DNA from: Balanoglossus misakiensis
Taxonomy: Eukaryota; Animalia; Hemichordata
Direction: 5' to 3'
Length of the DNA stretch: 64,000 bases
Assembly (NCBI GenBank): GCA_040954595.2
Contig: CM082584.2
Coordinates: 11,684,552-11,748,551 of the forward strand
Part shown: piece after piece, positions 15,141-26,100 of the stretch
Layout: every line of letters starts with the position of its first letter
How positions within the stretch are numbered: position 1 is the first letter of the stretch
The notes under the pieces: generated by a model
Told to the model about the DNA's origin: nothing
The model's database searches: none
Seen by the model: the letters and a program-made list of their open reading frames with translations, nothing else
Made by a program: the position numbers and the translations under genes

Positions 15141-15288
15141 ATTTCTTATGTTTTTTCTTTAAGAAAAATATAAAAACCGCAATAGTTTTGCTGACGTCGG
15201 CAAAAATATAAACATTTCTCATGTTTTTCTTTGAGAAAAATATGAACACCGCAATATTTTGCTGACGTCGGCAAAAAATATGAACACC
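15141..15288. repeat. Two-copy ~72-bp tandem duplication, each unit carrying the near-palindrome TTTTGCTGACGTCGGCAAAA
   Basis: Units start at 15141 and 15214. The 20-bp near-palindromes are at 15186-15205 and 15257-15276. Confidence 0.85.
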
Positions 15289-15302
15289 ATAGGGGTACTC
15301 AC

Positions 15303-15420
15303 CAATTTGACTGACCGCCCACAGAGGAGAGATTTTCTGTCATGACGCTTAGCAACAGGAGGCCATCTTGAAATATGCGTTCTTTCTCTGCCGGTCACCA
15401 GGCGCACTAAACAACGTGAT
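15303..15420 (-). promoter_or_regulatory. Candidate promoter/first exon of an unidentified minus-strand gene extending leftwards
   Basis: Minus strand reads ...CAAGATGGCC (YY1-type) TCCTGTTGCTAAGCG (X-box half site) TC ATG ACA GAA AAT CTC TCC TCT GTG GGC GGT CAG TCA AAT TG|GTGAGT (consensus donor at 15302-15297). Confidence 0.4.
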
Positions 15421-16075
15421 ATTCTGGTCAATTTACGCAAACATCAGGTTTTATAGAAATTCATCTGGCAAGGGTGAAGGAAAACGGTGACTTCCTCACG
15501 TGCACTTTAACCGTAGTATCACAAATCTACCTGCAGCAACATAAAACAATAAAAACTTTGTGAAAGCGTGCAAGTTTGCGAAAAAGATTGAAATACTAAT
15601 ACCTAATTTCCAAGAAAAATATTTGCAATCTCTCAAAGTGTGTGAGTATATATATATTTCACATTGATTTTCTTTCAGACAATTTACATACAGACCAATC
15701 AGTGATTGAAAAAATACATATAGTCTACATGTATACTATGATTTTGACGCTCACAAGGGTACTTGGAAGAAATTAATAAAGAATTTTTCACTTCAGGAGT
15801 AATTTTAATTCTTCTCTTTGTGATGAAGTTGACAATTGGCGGCAAGGAGATGCCCATTTAAGATGGAGAGCAGCTGCAGGTAATATGGTCCTCTTGAAAT
15901 CGTGCCTAACAAGGAAATTGGATGATTGTCTAAAGTTGCTAGTGTAGTAGCCGTGAGAGGTGTTAGAGTCTGTGTTTTTCTTTCTTGAGGACCTTCGAGA
16001 ATGGGTGGTTTCCGATTATAGATGCCATTGACTTTGATGGTAAGCAATTGGTCGGTGTGCCACCAAGTGTGTTTG

Positions 16076-16164
16076 AACCCTTTCACCACTATGGTTTGGT
16101 CCAAATCCACTGCTTTCTATGGTAAAGTTGGACCTATAGAGAGGGAAATGGGAGTGCAAGGGTT
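16076..16164 (+). mobile_element. ~90-bp miniature inverted-repeat element (best-preserved copy)
   Basis: Terminal inverted repeats AACCCTTTCAC (16076-16086) and GTGCAAGGGTT (16154-16164) match at 10 of 11 positions. Diverged reverse-orientation copies lie at 10870-10959 and 14863-14950. Confidence 0.7.
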
Positions 16165-19100
16165 TTAGTAAGCAGCCAGTCAGTGATGAGGCAAGAAACA
16201 TATGAGAGAGCTCGCTTATCTTTTTTGTTCACTTAATATCTTTTCTTGTCTTTTTTATGCATGAAAGTAACCTTTAATGGTAGCGTTTTCTTATTTTGTA
16301 ATTTTATGGATAGTTATCTTGAAGGAGCCCTGTTAATAGTTTGAAATAACTTCGACCACGTGGCTTGCAGTGGTGGATTTTGTCTGTCATTCCACACACA
16401 GAACAGCTCTCCAAGGGTCGTACTTTGTCATTCTGCATGTCAGGGTCTGGAAGTCGCGGGTAATTACGTATTCCAGTGGTTCTTCCGAGACTGCCGTCTA
16501 TAATTCCGTATGCCAGTGGTTGGGCAAAGAGGCTGATAATGAGAGTAATGTACGCTAAGATGCACGATTACAGACTGGGCCCGGTGTCTTCGCAGAATAT
16601 CAATGAGCTGGCATCATGAATATTACAACTTTATTCACCATGACACAGCTGCAAATATAATTCCATCATCAATCTCTTCTTCAGAGAGCTATCTTTTTCA
16701 ATTTGCACGTACGAGCGTCCTAGTGTTTTTTATTTTAAAATTAACGAGCTTAGAAATTCTTAGAATTTGGAAATTTATTGATGAGGAAGTCATGTGTGCA
16801 CGGAATTATATTTTTGGCATAAAACACTTTCAAGTTGATAACTTGGTACTGGAGAAAAATGCAAACTTGAAGGTTGACTGAGGATGCTTATCACTGATGG
16901 TATCTTGATAAAATGCTGCTGTGGGGTTTGTAAAAAAGTATAAAACTGCCACAATATATCACAAGAAGACATTCCCCATTGCATGGACAAATATTTGCCT
17001 TTGAAATTGAAAGTTTTTTTTCATGCACCAAGTACATGTATGCTGAAAGGGCATCAGGTCATTTAACTGTAATGATAAATATGCAATTTCAAATTTCTTT
17101 TAATGAGTACACTGGTAATGTGTGAGTGTGTGTGTTTGGAGTGAAGATTGGAGAAACGAGTTGCTGTACAGACAGGAGAAAGCATCTCATTCAACTGTCT
17201 CTGGTTGCCCATGACAATTCTGAATAAACACTGTTCGTGGAATATTTTTTGGCATAATAGAATGTTCCGTGTAATAATGATAAATGGGTAATCTCCAGCA
17301 AGATCGCAGCCTACAGTGTCAGAGATAGAACAGAGTTTGAAAGTACATGTAGACCTGAAATGGCACACTGAAAAATGTATTCAAACTATTTTGAAAGCAG
17401 AGCATCTTTGCTTTGAACCTGATGGCAAAGTGGTACTAACATGAGGCACGTTTCTAGTCACAAAACAAGACTTAAAGAAATCTGAAACAGTGGGGTATAC
17501 GCGTGATCACGGGCGAAGGAGGACAGGAATTCACAGGTAAAAATGGAATCCACAAAGACGAAAATCCTGACTAATTGGCCGTAGACACAGCCGAGGCGGA
17601 ATGAAATCAACGCTGGCAAGATGACAACAAACACACGGGTAATTACTGAAGCCAGTGCAGATACACAATGCTGAGACTGATTCAATTACTGCCTACAATT
17701 GCATTGTCAGGGAGAAATGGATTAGCAGGCAGCCTGGAAACAAAATCATTTTTTTTTGCGTGAGAGAGAGTGAGAGAAACACGGCTAGCCTTTTGCACAG
17801 CGGATGAACAGCACGTCACGTCTGCACACCCCCGGTTGGAGGAATCCATGCAAGAATGCCAGACGAGATTCCGATTGTGTTCGCATATATTACAGAATTG
17901 GATTAGACGGCTTAGCTGAGTTATGATATTAAAGAAAATATCCAGCAATCAGAGACGACAATGGAGCGGTGTAATGAAGCTATCTGCTAATACCGGGGTG
18001 ATATTGACGACATCCCGATGAAAATCACACTGGAACGGAACTATCAAAATAGATTAGGGAAACATGAAAGCTTTTTGAAACACTGCACGTTCCAATGACA
18101 TGTCAGTACACTGTACACGAATCTCGTACAGCTCACAAAAAAATACACACCTTCGCTGACTCACGTCATAAAAAACCTTGTCGCTGATAATACAGTTCCC
18201 CTATAATCACGGCTCTTAATGCCTTAAAATCATTCATTTAACGCGTAATTGTAATTATATACTCCATTCGAATGCAAAATCGATGATTAAACAGCTTTTT
18301 GAATGGGTAGGAATTTTACGGAAAGCAGGCACTGCAGCAAAGCTATGTGGGATGTAGGAGAGCATTTCAAGTCTAGTCAGACTGTACGATCTTATTCATG
18401 TCATGCACACTGCAACTGTCTGCGTAAAACCTGCAGAGAAAACAAAGTAGAATGCGCAAAGTTTCAACATCAACCGTTTTTCAATATTTCAGCTTGAGAG
18501 CATTTCTGTTTTGACTGGGGTGGGGATTGGGGGGAGGGGCAGCGCGAGTGCCTGGAATTATTAAAGGAACTGTCAGTGAACAACATTTTGTGTCGTGGGA
18601 TGATGATAACTGAGTTCGATATCACAAGGTGATTCCATTCTGGTCATGTACACAAAGCCAGGGGAATAAGGTCTCCCTGGACTCATCTATCTGTGTTTGA
18701 CATTTTGAACCCCGACTCAGGGTAAAGCTTGTCCAACTGAGACCGCTACATGGCTAGGTCTCATTTGGGTCTCTGCTTGCGTAGTGTCTATCACTCAAAG
18801 CTTGCTATTCGTCCCAGTTCCAGCTACTTTCCTTGTTTCACATGCTCACAGCATTCATGCCTCATAATTTTTTCCCATGTTCATTTTTATTTTATATTTT
18901 ACATACTACATTGTGAGGGTATATCTCCTCAAACTGCTCAAATGTCTGCGTCAGTACCAACCCGTCCAAAATCAATACCAGCTGAATTAAAAACATGGTT
19001 CAATTTAACAAGGCATTTTGGTCCAATTGTTAGATAAGGTAACTTTACAAAACTTCCCACTGACTGTATCCCATGATTCTTTGCCAAATCATAACTTCTA

Positions 19101-22100
19101 ACTACCTTTCTTTGAAATCGCTCTCTCTCAATCACTCAAAAAAAATCACTCCCTTTCCATCAAGTTTCTTTCTGTCTAATCTCAATATTAAATCCAAAGT
19201 CTTTCCTGTTTTCTTGAAGAAATTCCTCATTTCCATCTAAATCCATTTATTCATCTTTCTTTCTTTCTCTCTCTCTCTCCCTATAGCCTTGTCAATCCCT
19301 CCCTCCCCTCCCCCCAGCCTCAACAAAAAATATGTTCGGTAGAGTCAGTAAGTACAGGCATATCCCCACTGTGACGCCAACAGCCAAACTGTTTAAATTC
19401 CTCTTAAATTTGACTCTGTCTATGGTCTGCAATCAATAATAGCTGACCTGCCTGACCTCCCCTTTGTTATTATTCTCAGTTACCGGATTAAAACCACGTC
19501 AAGCGCGTAACTGCCCCCACTGCTTCGAAACACCGACTGTCAACCTCGGCACGCTGCCTCTGAAAGGGCGAGCGAAGGAGCAAAAAATGTTCAAATCAAA
19601 CGTGGTGATATTTGGGCAACAAAACAGTCGTTTCTGTAGCAGCGAGTTTTCACAAGCGTGGGTTCTGACAGCGCGGTTGAGATAGCTTCACGTTTGTAAC
19701 GAAGGCACTTTCGCAGACCACGGAGTGATTTGCCAATGCATGGAAATATTATGGTGAACACGCTGAGAAAAGTGGCACTAAGTGTTGGATGCGTTTAATG
19801 TCTGAGTCTGATGTTTGACCTTGCGATGACATTCTATGATTTGAATATTTTAGGCTGTACATCAGTCAGATTATTGACGTTAGATAGCTACCTTCCCTAC
19901 TCGGGGTGTACATCAATAAATGGTTATCTTGGAATACGTGACAACTTTAGCAATAGACCGTTACTCTACATGCCTACCATGAAGCAAACTCTGCTGAAAC
20001 ACCACAATCTTCAATAATTTGTCACAAAGAATCTCTGCCATTTCTTTTCTTTAAACCCCAAAGGGATGAAACCATACCCATCCCGTTTGCAAGGTTTGAG
20101 GTAAAAACGATATATATTTTTCTGTGTGTGGAAACTTCTGATTAATTCTTATTTGCGGTAAAATCCAGTAAATGAAAGAAAAGAGAGATCATGAGCTCAA
20201 CTTAAATGATGTATCTGAAAATGGAAAGTGGGCTTTCGATGGATAGTGGTCATTTTATTAAGTATTGAGATGAGATTACCGTTTATATCCTATATCTGCA
20301 CATCTGCGTTTTTGCTGATTGATTCAGGGCGAGAACAAGCGAAAAATCCAAACATTTATTGTCAAATTTTACAGGATGCAAGAAAAAATTATTAGCCTCA
20401 AAATTAAGTTTGGAATAATTAGATCTTTTCCTCATTTGTCTACAGTCATTGATTTTAAAATAATAAGTTTTTTTAATCTAGTTTGTTGATTAGTTTCAGG
20501 GACCTGGTAATACCATCAGTGTCCACATGTCTCACAAGTTGGCCCTCGTCTAATTAGATCATAGATTACACCCCAAAGTCTTCTAATTAGCTCTATTAGA
20601 AACTGTTTAATCTAATAGATCTGTCACTGGTGTGAACGTGCATCTGTTTACTGACGGATTAAAATTCACACCATGAAATATCTGTCTTGTGCTCGAAACC
20701 CAACACAACGTTTTAAGCTTCTATTGTGGTGCAGATCTCATTGTGTGTGTATTCTTTTGGTGAAACGGGTTCCAGGCACAATGCATGGCAGATAGCTAAG
20801 CCAGAGGCCTCTCTAATGAGACAATCCTATGCATTGATACAGCCATACACTGACTCACATCAGACTCTGACGGTGATATTCAGCGAAATGTCAGATGAGA
20901 AGCCTGTCAAAACTTTGATTGACAGTCGGCATTGTTATTCAAATGAGACACCTTCTGTATAGGCTGATGCCATATAAGGAAAGTGGAACGTGTTCAGCAT
21001 TTCTGTGCGTGCTCTGCATGTAGGTTCGCATGCACCTGCATTGCTCTTCAAGACGTCTTACTAAACCAAACCGCTGAGTAAGGCGTCCTTTACAACGAGA
21101 GACATTTGTCTAGACAGAAAGGCAGCACACTGAAATCGCACAAAGCCACGACATACTTTCTAGTTAAGACTCCGAGATCAACCACTGTATCCCGGCAATT
21201 CCTGGAATTGATTCCTTCCTGCGAATTCTGATTGATGCCACGAAAAAAGTTGTCAAAACAATGCAGCTTGTTATTTTGTGCTATTGACCCCCCGGCCCGA
21301 AAGCGCTCGCTTCAATATCACTGCTTCTGCCGGCCCTAGGTGCTGGAGAATTAGGTTACCGCAACGCGCTTAGCATCACTGTTCGCCAGCCTGATTGACT
21401 TAATCACAACTCCACTTCCTCAAAGTGGCACTCCCCACCCAGTCTATCCCGGTAGCCAGGAACGCAATTCCCACCAATCCCGTTACCATGGATATCACCC
21501 CCCTGTCTTCCGCAACATCACAGAGTATCACTAACACAATACATTTATTTCTTTTTTGGGGTGGCCTTCGTCTAATTTTATTTTGATTTTTTTTTTCGTA
21601 TACGGTTTTACCGAGACAGGAAGTTGTAGTGTAGCTGCAGGGATGCTAATCAATGGATGAATCGGCATGGAAACCAAGAGGATCCACTGCCCCGCCTGCC
21701 ACTCACTTGTCTCACTCAATATATCTCCTAGCTATAAAGTAATTGGGGTCTTTGTCTGCTAACCTCTGTCTTGCTTAACAGACTCCAGAACCTGGCATCA
21801 TTCAGTGCTCTCCCGGAGACCTCCAAATTGAAAAGTGCTCTGAGCATTCGCGTTGTCGAGGTGGGGTGGAAAAAAACAACCCAATGTGTCAGGTATTTGG
21901 GGTTTGATGTATATATTCCCTTTCGAAGGCTGGTGCTAGTGTAAATAAGATCAATCAAAAACCGAATTGCCCGGACCTATTGGCAGTTAAGTAGACACAG
22001 GGTGTCGAACGCTCTCCTTTGAAGAATCCAAAAGCCGATGGTAATTTTAGTGTAATTTGTTTTCTCTCATTTCCCTTAGCTCCTAATTGGTGACCCCGTT

Positions 22101-22905
22101 TCCGATCTCACGCAATTTTATTCGCAATTTCTTCCCTGGGTTCAGCTGACACATAAAATGAAAAGGAGCAGTTCTTTAAAAAAAAATGTCTTCTATACGG
22201 GTGTTACAGCTCGCACCTCCGACACCTACGATCATAAAATTAACATTCAACACGTACGGCCTTACACAAATCTTTCTTGACCTCGTAAAAAACCCAGGAA
22301 TAACCGTACTTTACAGTTATTGCCGTGTCCAAGTTTGACACCTGCAATTTGATTGTGCCATTACGGAGATATCAGATGGCTATTGCCGCACACATATGGG
22401 AAAGGGGCTGGTTATTTTTCACCGTGCCAATGGTTTCTCTGGGTACATCAATAACACACATCCTGACAGTTGCACCCTGTGCGAGCTGAGCAGCAGACAG
22501 AGCAATGCAACACCTGCCCAGACACACGAGCAATGGGTGTAGACGCACACATATCTCATCCACTCCCATCACCTGACAAGCCATAGGCATATTCTAAATC
22601 TTCAGGCGTTTTACTCTCTGTTCGACATACATATACTCGCAAACCAAACGACCTCATTCTCGTCGTGTAAATCAGACACGGGTCGTCCCATTCAGATGGG
22701 CTATTGTGAACTTTCTTCTTCTATCCCATGGTTACCAAGGCAACTGCGAATAAAGAAACTCATCTAAATACTTGTTTATCATATACGTTACATACACTGT
22801 ACCCTGAATCCATCTGCCAAAGACAACATACACCAAAAACACACAAAATATATTCACAAACTGCACTACGACTTAAAATATATACATGTATCACCATTTC
22901 CCAAT

Positions 22906-23137
22906 CATGGGAAAATTTTAGTTTTAAGTATTGAAGACGGTTTGAAGACACTGCCATAGGGTGTTAGCCATGGCTCTATCATTGGTTCATTGTGCTAGGA
23001 CTTCAAATATATATCAATATTTCTCAAACATGAGATAATTCTATTTTCATGAAAGGGAGTTTGAAGTAAGACGTATGTGGCCACAGGGTGTTAGCCTTGA
23101 CTGTCATTGTGGGTTTTTTTACAGAAGGATTTGAATA
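22906..23137. repeat. Decayed two-copy tandem duplication (~123-127 bp period)
   Basis: CATG.GA.AATT.TA.TTT...GTTTGAAG...GCCAYAGGGTGTTAGCC.TG.CT..TCATTG...AGGA.TT recurs from 22906 and 23029. Confidence 0.6.
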
Positions 23138-26100
23138 AAGAAAAAAAATGCATGAAGATCACTCTCCTCCCCTAGCAGAAAAAAAACCTGCTGTGCAAAT
23201 AAAATTCAATGCAATGGTGGAGCACCAAGCAAGAGAATCACTTTAGAGTATAATTGTCTGATCCATCACAAACACATGTCTGCGATGCACACAGGGGTAC
23301 CTGCATTTCTCCACTGAAACTTACGACAGATCTCCATTTCGCGGTGTCTTCTCCGCGCTTAACCCGAAACGCCCTCGGGGCGAAGAAGGCCCTAATCCCC
23401 TCAAACTGACTTGTTTTTCATCGTTACCCGGTAAAAAAACCCACCCCTTCGTTCTGGAAGTACAGTCGCGTAATCGCGCATAAGACTTTAATCGAAGATC
23501 AGTGCTGCGGGGGAGAGAGAGAGAAAAAAAAAACGAGAAACTTGCACTGCAGACGGTCCCCGCGGCCGACGATGCCATCATACACGGCAATTAGAACACA
23601 ATAAGGTAATTGCAGGAGATTAACACAGGTCTTCAAGACACCTTAGACTGGCTTCGCGTCACAATGAGACACACACACCAGGCATGCTTGACAGCTTCAA
23701 TGATCTAATTTCCGACTCCAAGACTATCTACTTTTCAGATTTACATAGAGATAATCGGGAAAGGCCCTGGTTGAAAAGTTCATGAAATTGCAAAGTCTTC
23801 ATGGTTGCTCTAAAAAAATGAAAAACTTATCTCCTGAAAGATATAAATCACTGTTACAAAAGCCACTTCCTGATTTTGCATGACCCATTACAAGTGCACC
23901 TGCGACTTCACACTCAACTTGAAATTTCTGAGTTGAATTCATCATGATTCATCATATATATCTATTTTAACCACTCAATGTAATTAACGACAATGCTAAG
24001 ATCATACTCGACGTGAATTCAAATCATCTGGATAATGAGTCCAGAAATCTATCATCTTCACTGATCTCCAAGCGTTGTGACAATCATCACAATTCATCAC
24101 AAGTCAAATTGATACATGTATCAAACAATAATCCTGTCTTCAATGAAGTACAATCCACCAAACAAAAATTCCTTGTCGATTCACACCATTTACAAGAATG
24201 TTCACCATGATTCATATCAAATCGAATTGTCTCGATATTCTTAATCACTGTGATTTAATTAGATTGTGACATCACCCCCGTGATTCACATCAGATCATTT
24301 TGACACCTCTTCACGTTGCAAAACACCTTCAATGACACAACGTGTGTGTGTCAGTCAGAATTTATCTCTGCCGTAATGTAGTGAGGGATCAAGCACACTC
24401 CACTATTGTCAGCAACGGCTAGTACCATTTACACAGGTCAAAACACTTAACCCCCCGTCATTAGTTTCAACCCTCTCTCACGTCAACGGGACAGTAGATG
24501 TAACTTTTGAATGTCTGTTTTTTCGCTATTCTCTTTCCTTGTGTGCACAATGCAGGTGCTTGATCTCATCTCCAGACACAATGAAACACAAAGTGTTTGC
24601 CATGTCAACACGGCTGACTGTGTATGTGTAAAAGAGGTTACAGTCGTTTTGTTACATAAATTTAAAGCTCCAGTAGGTGTAATTTCTGGCTACTTTTTTC
24701 AGTAATTTTTGCCATGTCAGCCTATGAAACCTATCTTATAGTTTAACAGTGAACCTTCTCGCAGATGGTTCAGTCACTTGTTGACATTCTGTTGCAAAGT
24801 TTTTTCCTTAATCTGATTCAGTAAGTGTATTAATGAAAAATGTTCAGAAATTGTGAAAAAGTGTCAACTCATGAGCTCCCGTTTTTTGGCGGGAAGGAAT
24901 TCTCCGCAAACATACAACGTCGACACTCTTGTCAGTAATCATTCACAATTCTCAGCAAAAACTATTGAATTTCTTCACTCATCAATATCGCTACAGTAAT
25001 ATTTTTTTCAGACAAGCACTACAGAGACACCTACACTATTGATCAATGGCGGGTAAAGAGCCTTTCAAGACATCGCTTCATAAATTTCTCTAAATCAAAG
25101 TGAAAGATGAAAGCTGAAATGGATCTGATGACGAAAATAGATATGGCTGAAAAATAGGCCGCACGGCAGTATTCAGTCAATGAGAATGCTTGCCTTCGTA
25201 AACAACATAAATTCAAAATAGCAACGCGAAGAGTAGTTGAGAATTTCAAGCACGACGGGAGGGATAGAAACGCAACTCTTTACTACTTGTTTTTTAAACT
25301 TTTCTCATTTTACGATTTCTGAGAAAACCATCCCCTACATATTGTTCATCAACTCAGTCTGGTCACATCACTCCCAAATGGACTTCAAAAAATACACCCC
25401 TGAAAGACAATGGTTTGACCCATCCAAGATATGTATATTTCTTACATGTGTAAACAGGGGTTAAATATCTTTAAATTGTCTCTTTACTACCATTCCCTTT
25501 CAATCCAGTTTTCATTTTTCTCATCAAATTAAACAACCAGCAAAAAAAGCCAGAAAGTCAAACTCTGGTGATAGAACTTGTTCGGTTGTGAGTTTGGCAA
25601 ACGCTCTGAGGCTAATCTCATATGAAGGGGAAAAAATAACTGGATTTAAATGACTGCAGAAGATAGAGGATAAAAGGAAAGTAAAGCAATTAGGGAAACA
25701 TGGAGTGTTACTTTCGGCTTTTGAGGGAGGCAAGGTTGCAGGCTGCAGTCGATGAAAGAACAGGCTTCGTCTCGGGGTACACTGTCTTCTTGGGCTTTTG
25801 TCAGTCGGATGAATAGAGAAAATACTTTCTTGTGAACCAGCTGATAAAACAGAACACAATACAGACACAAAGTGTACATTAGGGCAAATCAAACGCACTG
25901 GCCTATTTTTATTAAACATTTCCTGCCTGAGTGCCGGGTTTTTAAAGGCCCCACAACGGTCACTGGTGGGCTGTCTGAATGGTGTTTTCAGAGACAAACA
26001 CCAAACATAGCACACGGGGAGTATGGGGGCTGCGCGTAATTGAGATTGGCGGGCGAGTGGTTTGTTTTGTAGGCTGCCACTGTTGGGAATAGCGGTGCAG

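Noticed and set aside
16016-16201. Minus-strand ORFs with a good-looking splice acceptor
   Set aside because: The acceptor and most of the ORF lie within the 90-bp MITE, and there is no protein similarity.
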